A DNA stretch of 64,000 nt from Zygnema circumcarinatum SAG 698-1b (lineage: Eukaryota > Plantae > Zygnematophyceae), in assembly GCA_037447605.1 (NCBI GenBank), contig CM074820.1, forward strand, positions 992,001-1,056,000, read 5' to 3'. Shown piece after piece: positions 45,201-58,700 of the stretch. Below the pieces are notes generated by a model that searched no databases, was not told where the DNA came from, and saw nothing but the letters and a program-made list of their open reading frames with translations. The translations under genes and the position numbers were made by a program. Position 1 is the first letter of the stretch; each line of letters opens with the position of its first letter.

Positions 45201-48200
45201 AAGTGCAAGTTCGTCTGTATGCAGTAAATTGTGCAGAATTTCTGCTTTTCATTGGCTTGTGGAGTTTAGATTGGAAGGAATTTGGGACTACTCCGGCTGC
45301 AATAAGCTGAGACTTCTCATGTGATGGTGCAGTTAAGAGATCTTTTGTGGAGACATTCAGACAACAGTGCAAAATCTCCTCCTAAAAATTATGAGCTGAA
45401 GCAGACGAAGACAGATGGGGTAGTTGTGGTGGAACTGACGGAGGAGAAAGTGGAGACACCTGCTGAGTTTGCGAAAGTTATGAAGATTGCGACTTTAAAC
45501 AGGACCAAAGATGGACCGGTGGGAGCTGATCGAGTGAAACGTTCCCATCTGTAAGTGGATTGGTGTAACCGCAACTGTAAAGGCAATTCATGGGAACAGT
45601 AGTAAGTGACTTGGAAGAAATCTTTCTTTCAGAAGTGCATTCTGATGTTGATGTTTTGTTAGTGGAAAATGGCACCTGCTAATGATTTTTTCCTATTCTG
45701 AGGTGGTGTTCCGAGCAGAAACGCTGCTGCTTATTTGTAACTTTTTTTTGGTGCGTTTTGTTGGACAGCGTGGTGACAATTCATGTTCGATGCACAAACT
45801 CGGTAACAAGGGAGAAGCATCACAGCAAGCTTCACCTTGCTGACTTGGCAGGCAGTGAGAGGCTGCGGGAAGGAAGCGGAGACCGTCTCACAGAGTCCCT
45901 TTTCATCAACAAATCTTTGTCTTCGTAGGTTCTTTCGTTCATCATTTCTCTCTAACCTCAGTCTTTATACAAATTCAATTCATTCCCTTGAACTTCCGAG
46001 GCTTATTCCACCCAGCAAATGCCTTACTCTTGGGTCGTTTGGCGAGAGCATTTTCTGTCCTATTCATTTTGGTCGATTTTCATTGTGAAATGGCTACCAC
46101 TCTTCCGTTGGAAGTAGATGGCGGTGAATTAGCTAGATTCATCGAGCAATAGTGAAGAGGGAGTTAGCTGTTCCGGAAGACTAGGGCCATTCATCACCAT
46201 TCATTCATTCATCTTGGGTTTTTGTGAGTAGGGATTGTTAAAACAACAATTGTGAATCCTGCGTATGGGAGTTGGATTCCTTGATTGTTTGATGTATGTT
46301 ATAGGCCTTTTAGAAGCCTGGTTGGTTTTTCGTATCATGCATCACCGTCAGTGGGAGAGAGATTATGAAGCCTGAAAAGGTTCATGTTGCGATTTTACAT
46401 GCAGGCTTGGGGATTGTCTATCTGCTCTCACAGCCAAGAAAGGCTCTCCACCGTTTGGGAATTCGAAGCTTTCTCTCCTCTTATCTGATGCCATTGGTGA
46501 GGAAGCCCTGTCTATTTCCACCTCGAATGAAATGATTTCATTGTTGTTGACTTCAAGTGACTGTCTTATGCTTGCTTGGTGGTAGTTGAATGGTTTTTGT
46601 TTAATTGTGAATCAAGTGGACTTTTCTTTCCGCGACCTGTTTTCTCCTCCTTTGAGAATTCACTCATCTTCTAAAGAGGCTTGGAAATGGTGCAGGTGGT
46701 GAATCGAAGACGATAATGATCGTGAACTGCAGTCCAGGTCAGCGTGATGGCATGGAAACCGTTGCCAGTCTAAATTTTGCAACACGAGCACGGAATGTGG
46801 AACTGAGCCTTGGCAGCAAAGATACCATTAAGAAGTGGAGAGACATGGTGAGATATTGTGCTTGCGAGCTATTCGAAAGAATTGTAGCTCAGTGATTCAT
46901 CCTTCCGCCAGTAAGCAGTTCACAATATACAAAGATATTGAAGTGTCAAAATGAGTGATGATTGAAGTGTCCAAAGGCAAACTAGTCGTCGTTTTGAAGA
47001 GACTCAGTGGATGTGTGGAGGAATTCAAATGGATGACCTAAACAGTGATGCTTCCGATGCATCGTTGATCTGTTTTGATGTTCCCTCTTGTGGGTATTGA
47101 GGATTTTCTGTTTGCAAGTTGTTCATTCGCATTGGGTTGTACTTGGATGTTCAGGCAAATGATGCACGAAAGGAGCTGCATGACAAGGAGAGGCAGTGCG
47201 AAGCACAGCAGCAGGAGATATTGGCGCAGAGGCAGGACCTGCAGTCGGCAGAAGAGCAGGCAGTTATCCTCTTTGAAGAGTTGCAACGAGCATGGACAGT
47301 GGCAGCATCTCTCCAATCCGAAGCTTCTGTTGAAAAAACTCGTTCCTTCCAGCTACAGGCAAGTCAGAGAAGGAAAGAGACGAAAGGGAGAGAAGGAAAG
47401 AGACGAAAGGGAGAGAAGGAAAGAGACGAAAGGGAGAGAAGGAAAGAGACGAAAGGGAGAGAAGGAAAGAGACGAAAGGGAGAGAAGGAAAGAGACGAAA
47501 GGGAGAGAAGGAAAGGAAAGACAAGTATTGCATGGGCATCGGTGGATTCTGGTATATGGGTTTGGAATGGAAATAGCTGAACTTCGTTTGTTTTTAAGCC
47601 TACCTTATTAAGTTTTCAATCTGCTTTCTGGGTCCTCTCTCTCTTTTTGTACTGCAGGCCGAAGTTGAACACCTACAAAGAAAGGCTGCTGAAGCAAATG
47701 AAATCATGCAAGAGTTGGAGCATCAGCAGCAGAGGGCGCATGATTTGATGGTGATAGAGCATGAAGAGCAACTCAGAATGCTTAGGGAGGAGTGGGAGAC
47801 GAGGCTCGTATTGAAGCAGGCGCAGCATGCAGAGACATTGCAAAAAGTACAGGAGGAGACCCATGCAGAACGGAGTAAATCATTCGCAGCATATGAGGTG
47901 AGAGCCACTCCGGATGCTCACTCCCACCTTCGCATAGCACTACAGACATAGAACCCACTCTTTTGCGGAAAATTCTTTTGACTAAACCAAAAAGTGTCGC
48001 AACTAGGTCTTGAAAGAGGGAAGGTTGTTTCAAGGAGGAGAGAGGAGAAGAGAGGAAAGAAGTGTACATGTTCCATTCATACTGTCGGAGCACACACGCT
48101 TTAATGTGGCAAGCATTTCTGAAACGGACTGCAATCTTTGTGTTTACTGGGAGTATCATTTAATAGATTTGCCTGTACTGCCTATGCTATTTAGTGCTGT

Positions 48201-51200
48201 ATTCCCATAGATATGCAGCTGCATGTCCGGATGGTTTCCTTTAATGGACCCCAAAGCGAGTTTTGTTAAGCTGACACCCTTGAAACCTCTCTCTACCTCA
48301 CTCCCTCTACCTTACTCCCTCTACCTCACTCCCTCTACCTCACTCCCTCTACCTCTCTCCTTGTTTACCTCATGTGGAATTTTCAGGTGCGCATTCACCA
48401 GCTACAGCAGCAGCTTATTGCGGCCACTGCGGCTGCAGAGAATGCAGCAGCCATGGCTGCCGTGTCGAGACCAGGGTACACTATTCCGACTGATAAAGAG
48501 TCCGACTGGAGAAAGGAGTACGAAAAAGCTCAAGAGGAAATTGCTCGACTCAAAGGGGAGGTTCAGAAGAACAGTGAGCTGGCTGAGGTGAGTTTAACCT
48601 GTCACTCAGTGGGGTTTTGCAGTGTGTAAACTCTATTATACGAGTTCATGGAAGCAATATTTTTACATCTGACAACTAAGATGTGTATCTAAGGGGTCCA
48701 CTCGCATAAATACACAACCAATAGCACAGCTGGTTGCTTACCAGAACTATGATTATAGAAAACTCAGTGGGTATGACGATATGCCGGTGCATTAGTTTGA
48801 CGTTGGTGTTCTTATTAATCCAGAAAATGGAAGAAAGGTAAAAACCCACATTCAGAATTTCACTCGTAGTGTGGGGTTACCTGCTAGAGCTTAAATGACT
48901 AATTTTAAACAATGCAGTGAACTCGCGATTGATATATATCTTGTGTATTGTATCGGCTTTGCAACAGTTGCAATCGTCACAATACCCTGATACTGTCATC
49001 AATTACAACATTTATTCTCTTGGAGTCAATGGGGCGGATCTGATATCCAATAAAAATCAAATGTTTGAAAGACATGCGCTGAAGGAAGCGTGTTTGGGTG
49101 TTCTTTTCTAAAAAATAAATGTTAATGAGGTGTCTTTCTATGGGTATTTTGTGGCACGAGATACAGAGGCTCAATCAGGAAAATGAGCGACTTGTGACTG
49201 ATCTCATGGAGAAGACGGCAAAGAAGGAATCAGAAGCCATACCTGCAGAGGATAGCGAGGCCAATGATGATGAGGTAAAATCACTACCACTGACTTTAGC
49301 ACCCCTTCATGCTATGCTTTCTTCTTTTCTGCTCCTTAAGTTAGCGTGATGTGGAGTTTCGTTCAAATCAGTGGAGTAGGATTTTGTGGCATGCTATAAC
49401 TGCATGGGTTTCGAGAGGGAGAGAGAAAGGTGTTGTTGAGCCTAGGCGTTGCTTTCAGTTCATAGCATTTTTCTTTAATCCTTCGGTGTTCCGCGAGCAG
49501 TTCCTCGTGGTTTCCCATGATGATTTTCTCCATGTACATTTGATGGTATCATCGCCATCATGAAATCAATTCGACATCTCTCTCCATACATACATTTATA
49601 CATTCATGTATACACATAGATACACACATATATACATGCATATGCACATTCATAATAGTGGAAAGCTGCGACTTGCACTGAAGCTTTAGGTTGGGAACGA
49701 ACCAACCTTTCGTTTGATGTGTGATCAGGGAAATGAAAAACAGGAGATGAAGCTGCAGCCGAGCCATTCATCCAAGTATTGGCTGAATTTGAAGTCCAAG
49801 AGCATTACACAAAGCATGGAGGAGAAGCCGCGCCTTCCTCGCCCTCATAATGAGCTTCGTGTTTCAGAGGCAGCAGAGCTTCATCTCACAGGGAGGGAGA
49901 GCAGAATGAAGCGTAACCAAACTGAAGATGGGGCTCAGCTCATTACCCTCCTAGACACCTTCGAATTTGACAAATTTGAAAATTCGACAGACATCGCAGA
50001 ACGAGCAAACAAAGTGTTGCGGGAGGTGAGTGAAGGGCTGATTCCATATATGTTGAATGATTGTCGGAAGTTTTATAGGGTTGGAATAGAGTGAATGCAG
50101 GTAGGGTCCAAGATTATCTATCACTCAGTGTATTCTGTTGCGGGAGTTGGATGCATTGAACAGTTTCTGGCAACAGTGGAGACACATAAGAAGGGGGAGA
50201 AAACAAGTGAAGGCGAGCTATTGGCGGAGCTTCGAGACTCGGTCTTTTCATTTCTTGGAAGAGTGCAGCCGAGATGTCAATTAGATGGCAACCTTGTAGC
50301 ACAATTGCGGCTCCTGTACCTCAAAGGACTTCTTGCAAAAATGCCGGATTTGAAGCCAAACAAGGTGCATGCTCTTTCTTTCATTCTGCGATATAGTAGA
50401 GTCTGAATCACCTGAAAAAGGAGCTTTTACAAGTCAATAAATGTCTGCTTCAAGGAGAAAGGCTGTCTCCAACAGTGCATCAGCAACCATTGAACGAATG
50501 CATAACCTTGCTTAAAATGCTACTATTAGATTATTGATGATTATTATTCTGTTGATTGTATGTGGGTTTGCTGCAGATTCCCGAAGTTTGTCAGTTCTTG
50601 GAGAGGGAGGGTGGTGAAGGGAAGACTGTGGCAGGCAAGAAGGCTCACTTCACAACGACTACCCCTATGGGGCCGGGCCCCATTCCGGGAGTTTTTCCAA
50701 TGAGAGTTTCCTTGAAGCCGGAGAAGAAGCTGCAAAAATTGCTCTCCTTTGGGTCCAAGAATAAGGTTGAAGCTACAACGGAGGCCAAGGTAGGTCATTC
50801 TTCTTTTCAGATATGCAACTAACAAAAGATTAGCATTCTATAGCATACATCATAGATATAGGTTCTCGATTAGATTAGTACAGGAAAGAGACAAAGCCAA
50901 ATGTTTTTAGTGTCTTCCACTTGTAATTGCTTTTAGGGGGGATAGCTTCTCTCTTCAGACGCCGAAATCAATCATGCCAACATCATACGTGTAGCTTGTA
51001 TGCAACTGCGAATAAAGCTACTTCGAATTACAACAGAATAATTCAGTCTGAATACATTCATGTTGAACGCTAAAATGATAAATCTGAATTTCAAATATAG
51101 AGAGCTCGCTGTGTGACTGCGTCCTTCTTGCCTGCCCTTATCACATACCGAACATTTTAGCACAATTTCTGTCATATTTACCTAAAAACCCTTTGCCCTA

Positions 51201-54040
51201 CTCTTTCTCTTCTCCTGTACAGCGGGAAGCGAATAGAGGACGTGTGAATGAGCTCGTGGGAGAAGCAAAGCAGTATGCAGTCAACAATGAAGCCCTCGCT
51301 CTGCTTTTCACTCACACAGACATGGAGGAGGTGAAGAGGCAAATTAGACGATGGCTTGCAGAGAACTTCGACCACCTTCCGATAAGTGGAGGAACGGAAC
51401 TTGCACAGTTCACTATGGCCATATTTGATGGATGGCTCAGCGGATGTGGAACAATTAAGCCTAAGGGGATGAGAGATGTGTTTGGAGATATTCTTGCAAA
51501 CTATTCTAGACGTTCTTACGAAAGCCAACTTCATCACCTCATGGTACTACTACCCCCTTGGATATCAAGCTTAAAAACCTCAAATATCTTCTATCATTAA
51601 AAATATACTGTTCATATGCCTGTTAAAATGAAAATTTACTAGGCTGGGAGATGGGGTCGGAACACCACTAGTGGAGTCTGTGTCAGTGTATGTTTCTGCA
51701 ACAGAACTTTTTTTTCAACAGAGCATAATATTAAGTATTGTGTCAACCTGATGGAAGCGCTTTAGCGGAAGCATACTTTGCTGCCAGAAATTCAGCTGCT
51801 GAGATGTTCTACTAGTCAATATGGATATGAACAGTCGTAGAGAGGCCTTCGATTCTTTGAAAACTGATAAAGGGAGTTTTTTCAATGATCTTCTGCACAG
51901 GACTTATCATCTACATTGGCTGTTGAGGAGGTGGATGATTTGGTGACTTTGAATCGTTTGCGAACACAACTAGAGTCTGTCGACCTCAAACGTAGAAAAG
52001 TGAGTGTTTCTTGCACTGTCTGCCTGCCTACAACAGAGAAAACTCTAATAGCATTCCACCTAAAAAGCTCACCTTGAAGTGGCTCTGAAACCTTACTTGC
52101 TCTTCCGGCGAATAATTTGCTGATGTGAATTTTGGCGGAATTTATGAAAAACATTTGCTATAGTTAAATGGGGACAGGACAGCCATGGAAACAATCTATG
52201 CGTGAGTCACCAAAACATGTTTTTGTTGTTCACAGATCATGAAAGAAATGCAAGTTGATCCGGTGCTGTTGGATGATGAGAAGTTGGAGCCGCCCCCACT
52301 TAACGAAGACGAGGAGGCACGACTTGCATCTCTGTTTGTGCTGGAAGATGCACTCAAGGCCTGTGAGGTGTGTACCTGCATGTAGGACCATCTAGAAGGG
52401 GAGAGAGAAGAAGAATAATGAATTGGCATTAGAGAGAGAGAGAGAGAGGAGATGGAGAAGGAGAGAGAGAGAGAAGGACTTAATTCAGGCTTTGATGATG
52501 ACACGAAGTCAGTCCCGGTGCAGCTGACGGACTTGGTTTAACTCACCTGAACAACTTCGGTAGGATATTAGTACTCTGCATTAGTCGAAGGGTTTTTAAA
52601 ATGCTTCATATGAATCTGCACATGGTCCTTGTGACCAGCATTGGACAATTGTATTGGAAGTGTGTTTTCACTTAGTTAGGCCTTTCAAGTGAGAGGTTTA
52701 AGTGGTTTCATATGCTGACCGCCAAAAACTAAGGAAGGAACCTTGTTGGTGTTGTAAACTGTCGTCGCAGGATGCCCATAAAGGACCTTTGACAGCTGCA
52801 AGTATCTCAAAAAAGAAATTCCACCTTGCGAAAATGTTGGAAAAGGTGCAGCTTATGCTGTCTATGGACCGTGCTGTTGCAGAAGTGTATTTGGCAGAAG
52901 CCCAAAAGCATTTAGAGGTAAAGGCTATCCCCTTCTGTCACTTGTTAAGTATGTATTTACAGCGTGTGCTTCATAATATCACTAACTGAGTGAGTTTCAA
53001 ACAAGCAGGCAGTAGGTAGGCAAGCAAAGCAAGACTGCTGACTACTGCTGACTATCTATGTTTGCTGTCCAGGTCCAAGCAACCACTGTAGCAGAGTCAA
53101 TCCCATCACAGGGTTTGAAGTCATCACAGGGAATTTCCCAATCTGCTTCACTACCTGGAAAAGGAGCAGCTTCTGCAGGCAGTCAGAAAGCCCCAATTTC
53201 AAGCAGGGAATCGTTTCCTGAAGAGGGAGGTCCTGGAATTCCCAATTGCCTTCGCGGGGAATCGATTGAGTGGACCGCTGTGCAGTTTAATAGCCGTGCA
53301 GGGACGCCCCCTGTGGTGGTGAAATGTGGGGCTACCTCACAGCTTGATCTCGTCATCAAGGTCGTAAATGGGAAAGGTGTGTATCGTCCTTCCTTACAAG
53401 CAATCGTGAATGTGAGAGGCACGTGTTGTTGGTAGCCTCTATGCTGAAGGTGGCACACGACTATGGGAAATAAAACGTCCTTTTTTGGCTTGGTGAAGAC
53501 CTGTTCGTTACTGAACTAATGCTTGAACCTAAGCAGCTATTCGTTTCTTTACAAAAGAAACTCGACTCGTTTCTTTTGTCATCCTCAAAGAGCCATAGCG
53601 TTTAAGCAAATCTTCTTTGACACAACATGCATAATATGAGTATTTACATCTGAAATCAATCCTTTTTCGCAGGAACGAAGCCGGGAGAGGCGGCGCAGAG
53701 GCCCGATATATGTGTCTTGGCGTTGCCTTCAGTATTGGAAGACCTTTCTCAAGAGGACATTGTTAAGGAGCTGGAGTATTTTCCTGAGGCACTGAAAGCG
53801 CTGGTGATGGCAAAGACTGCAGCGAGCACAAGGGAACGGTATGCTCGCCTATACAAGACACTTGCTGCTCGGATTCCTGCCCTTCAGAAGACCATGGGGG
53901 GTGCCCCATCACCAGACCGGTCAGGGCAGGGAAAAGGGGGTGGGAGTGAAATTGGGGGGGGGGGGGGGCTACCGCTGAGGTCCATGTCGACCCCCATGCC
54001 GACCGCAGAAAGTGTCTTATCAAGTACAGTTTCCATGTAG
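42259..54040 (+). CDS. KAC: Kinesin-14 KAC/KCA (chloroplast movement / cell-division kinesin-like protein), multi-exon
   Basis: [29 protein letters not shown]; [13 protein letters not shown]; IRVFCRVRP; [12 protein letters not shown]; [23 protein letters not shown]; [12 protein letters not shown]; [10 protein letters not shown]; [30 protein letters not shown]; coiled coil; LYIRGLLA-like and [12 protein letters not shown] motifs; ends ...SSTVSM* at 54040. Confidence 0.93.
47367..47520. repeat. 23-bp tandem minisatellite (GAGAAGGAAAGAGACGAAAGGGA), about 6.5 copies, in a KAC intron
   Basis: Direct inspection; the 23-aa period of the overlapping ORFs equals three 23-nt units. Confidence 0.9.
49495..49578 (+). 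repeat. CRE 3'-terminal fragment in a KAC intron
   Basis: ttcctcgtggtttcccatgatgattttctccatgtacatttgatggtatcatcgccatcatgaaatcaattcgacatc. Confidence 0.8.
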
Positions 54041-55241
54041 AGTTAGGGTTTGGTGATTTGTTTGATGGTTTTGTTGCAGTATTGAATAAGCCCATGAATG
54101 TAGCGGAAAGGCGTTCCCCGTAGAGTTGGTCTTCTCTCAAGGAAAAGGCAAAGGTTTTGTTTTTTAGTTTGTGGAACTAGTAGAAGCGTGCAGGCTTGCA
54201 CCTTCTTGTAGAATATGAGAGAGGAGTGAGAGATGGAATGAGAGAGAAAGAGGGGGGAGAGAGTGCAGTTTGGAATTGCTTGTTTTATGATAGCCATGAG
54301 GTGAGGATACGTAATGAGACTGTAATTTTCGTAGTGTTGAGAAGAAGCGGAGAGAGAGAGTGGGAGCTTTAGTATTTAGGCGAGTATAGTTAGTGTAGCA
54401 CGCGACGTGGCTACACGAGACCCTTGCATTATGCAACGTCGGTAGACCCAAAAAGACAACTAGGGTTTGTAAAGGCTATTTTTTTTTCCCGAGAAAGAAA
54501 TAATTTTTTTTTCTAAAAGGTGGCATTTCAGATCTTAAAAACCTTACAAGCCTGAAAACCCTTTCAAACATCCACGGGTACCGAGAAAACTTATTTAACT
54601 TTTTTTTTTCTATTATTGGATGCCAATATATCTCGCTTCTCCCTTTCCGGAAGGTCAGTTTATGGTTGTTACTGTTCTGTTGACGGCAGCTTTATAACTT
54701 CACTAATACGGAGCACGAACGAGAAAATGTCCGAGTCCGTTTCTTTTCTTTCCTTACAGCATTCGTTCGTCAAGGATTTGAAGGTTTGATGCTTAGAAGG
54801 TTCCTATGGTTTAGGGGTTAGGGTTTAAGGTTTAAGGTGGTATCGAGCCCTGGCACCCGATGGGTGCACATCGCTGACAAAAAACAATGACATTTTAATG
54901 TCATATATTTGAATGATTTATGGATTATGATCTTTGATCTTAAAAGCCCTTGCAAGCACAGTCAGCAGACTCAGCACACATTTGCACCCGTTCGCAATTG
55001 GCCATTGAAAGGAGGCTTCTATACCGATGTATTGTTGCCATGCGGCATGCAATGTGCGCGTTTTCTTCAGAAGGTGGGAAGTATCTTTTTTAGATCTAGA
55101 CAAAGAGGAATGCGAATGGAAAGGCCTCCTTCAAAACCGCTTTCTGGTTTTTGGTTTCATAAGGTTTTTTAGGGTTCGATTGTCTTTAGGGTTATTTGGG
55201 TTTTCCGGAAAAGAAGTGGGGGGAGGGGGGGGGGGGGGGGG

Positions 55242-55251
55242 NNNNNNNNNN
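55242..55251. other. Assembly gap (10 N); others at 5381-5390, 6945-6954, 8004-8013 and 8777-8786
   Basis: N runs, two of them beside poly-G tracts. Confidence 0.99.
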
Positions 55252-55730
55252 AAGACATTCTCCATGTGCTTCTCCCCGCAGTGACTTTATTTGATTTCTA
55301 TGGACAAATACATGGAGACACAAAAAAAATGGCTGATCAAGCGACAAAACGCTTCAGCTTTCTACGGACTCGAGGTTCCCTGTGTGAGATTTCCAGTGTT
55401 TCTGGTTGTACACTTATTTATCGTTCTACTGACTACATGGGTCCGAGCTTGGGAGCGACTGCTATTGCGAACGAGCCCCCCTCTGTTCCCCCTAGAGCTC
55501 TACCAAAGACCAGGACTGGTTAAGGCTTGCTCAGAGGTGAAGCTAACTCCGGTGCTAATCACATAACTGAAGACCACAAGTAAACCAACTGAGAAGGGGT
55601 CCTAGTCACTACCTACATCACATTTGGTCAAAGGAATGCCTTCATTCATACCTCAATTTGAGTGCGTTGAAGGTGTAAGCAATCATTGCCATCCCTTCCT
55701 CTAAAATAATGGGAAAAAAAATTCGCCGCT

Positions 55731-58700
55731 CTACCTTCTTGCCATCTCCCCTCCTCTGTTCCTCTTCAGCAATGGCCGACAACGCTTCGCGTGCTTCGCT
55801 TCTGCTTTTTGTCTCACATACAATGGGTCGTTAACCAGTTTCTTCTTTCTTATTCCTCTCAGCACCTTACGAATACGTTGTAGATTCAATGTCACATTTT
55901 GATTTTCAAGATAAATCTCCTTTCCTGCCCACCATCCCTTGTCAAGGATTGACTGCGGATCCTCCAGTACAGGATCTCCTGGAGGGTATTTCAAGCTCAA
56001 AGAGCTTTCCTTTATAGATATCTTATACTCCTCATATTGCAGGCCCAAACGGATAGAAGGATCCCCATAATAAGTCTTTGCAGCCCAATCAGTTCCAAGA
56101 GGAACGACCTGGAGAGGCAAATGGGAGAAACCACGAGGTCATCACAGACCCACACCTCGTTCTCTACCTTTTTGATTTTTAGGGTTTTTAGGGTTTTTAG
56201 GGTTATTAGGGTTTTTAGGGCTTTAAGGGCTTTTAGGGCTTTTAGGGTTTTTAGGGTTTTTAGTTCCTCAGGGCCGATACCCTAAGCAGGAGGCGGTCTT
56301 AACAAGCTACAACAATCTAGACCGAACGAATTCACCAAGCATTCGATACAAATGTAAGAAGGTTGCCTTCCACGTTTCGACCTTTCTTAGCAATAGTAGT
56401 AGTACGTACCTGCAAATAGGCTGAATTTGGACGCATGAAAAGGAAGTGCGTCATCCCTGCTCCATGGACCCCCAACATCGCATTGCTTTCCTGAAGCGAA
56501 TGCCACATGTCCTGCAGAGCGGTCGTGCTTGAGGGAAGGAGAATCTGCACAAAGTAGCCCTCTTCCTCCGCTACTCTCTTCACCTCCTCCTCGTTGGTAA
56601 GGACGCGAGTGCCTTCCCTTGAAATGATTGAGAGCAGCGGTCTGCAGCCATAGCGCTCTCCTTCAGGTGGGGGCTTTCTAAACGGCCATTTTTCCCATGC
56701 TCGCTGCAGAATCCGCTGCAGAAAAGAAAAGAAAGAAGAGAAAAGAAAGAGGAAAGAGCAGAGAAAAATAGAGCAGAGTGGGCGAGGATTAGCATCCCTC
56801 CTCTGGAAAGCTCAAATCTGATCGAACGATGCATTCACGCTATTTTGGTTGTAGGAAACAATGAAATAGGGCAGAGGAGGCTCATATGAATAATGCTGCA
56901 AATTCGAATCAAGTCTAAGGAATGGAATAAACAATACAGCTCAGTTAACCAGAGTCAGCAGCAGAGAAGTAATAAGTTACCAGATGCTAAACAACATGGT
57001 GGAAGAAAAATGTCACATCATTGAAAAAAACCTCCATAAGTAACCTCTCGTCAGCAAATCTAACACAATTGAACAGGACCATGAATTCACCCGTCCTTCA
57101 CAACCACAAGGGGAATGCATTCCTTCCCATCCACAAGACCGAACCTCCCCAACAACAAGGGAGATAAAACCTTCATAACTTTGGAAGCTTAGCATGGCCT
57201 ACTCCTCCCAAGTATCCAAGAAAGACATTTACCTGAAAGTCTTGTATATGGCCACCATATGCCATTTGTGTGGGGTCTACTGTGAGCTCATCGTGAATCC
57301 TCATCCCAACCGTCACCTCCCGGAAGCAGTGCACATAGTCGTTTTGGCCGAGCAGTACAACCGGGTAGTTTGACATTTGGCGAATCACTTGCTCATACTT
57401 CATGAACCACCAGATGTGAGCTTGAACTACAATGAATACCACCTCCTTCTTATAATGCTGAGATGTGATATAGATGGGGATGAGTCCTGCGTAAAGACGA
57501 GAATAACGAAGCAATTGCAAGGTTTTGAAACCTCTGCTGAAGCAAACATGGTCTTGTAACTTCTACTTGGCTAGAGAAAGGGGAACCTCTAGAGTATCTC
57601 GTTTGGCCTACCTAACTTAAAATTTAAATGATTAGGCTCCCTGAAAGATAAGAGCGATCGCAAGTAGCAAACACGAATTACTGAATTGATTTCCAGCCAC
57701 CACATGCATGCATGCATGCATGATGGAGCAGCCTTGAGCCCTTCAACTGAAGACTCCACAACAGTCTTGAAGTGAGCATGCAGTTCCTCTCATTCCATGC
57801 CCGTCGCCAATCTAACATCCTAATAACTTCCATATCCATCCCAACAAGTGCAGTATAATGGAAGAGGAAGAATACATTCAAAGACGATCCTTTCCGATAA
57901 CCGAATCTGATAATATTTCACACGCGTCAATCAATCTGGACACATACAGACGCTTGCATCAAGTATCAGGTTAGGCCTCACCATCATGAAACTCGTGGTA
58001 CAAATTCCCAGTGTAGCCCGCAGTGGAAAAGACAATAGCAGGAACGGAGTGGTACACATCACACTTCAGCAGCGGCAAACCACCCTCAGTCCTGTTCACA
58101 AATGGAGCTCCCTCAACCCACTTCTTCTCTCTCCATCCCCTCTCTATGGGGTCTAACACTACACCATTTGCTATGGCTTCTTCGTCTTCTTTTTGTCGAA
58201 CCACCTCGAAAAAGGTCAGCTGTGACAGATCAGGGTTCAGTCTCTTAGACCACAATGCTGCCATACCAGATCTTGACTGATTTTTTACTTTCCTCACCAG
58301 TTCCCAGTAGCTTTCTGTTCCAGGTTTTTCCGGCTCTGTTTTGGAATCATGTACACTGTCGTAGTCTAAGAGTCGCTTCTGCATACTCGTCCCTGACTTT
58401 TCAACCTCCCCTTCTGAAGCAACATTTGCATCTTCTGTGGCTACCAGAAGCAGAGGTGGAAGCCCTTCCGGTATATCTATACTTGTAAGAGTTAGCTCCT
58501 GCACATTCTCCATGCAGCTCGTCTCCCATTTTCGTGTGTAGGGCTTTACCTTCTCCTCTCCCCGAGGAGTCGATCTCTCTTTCGCATACAACATAAAAAT
58601 ATCTGACCGAGCATCTACCCTCACATCTCCTCGCATGACGCAGACATCCGTCCTCCAATGCGTTCTATTGCAAGAGAATGTTTCACGTCCCATATCCGAA

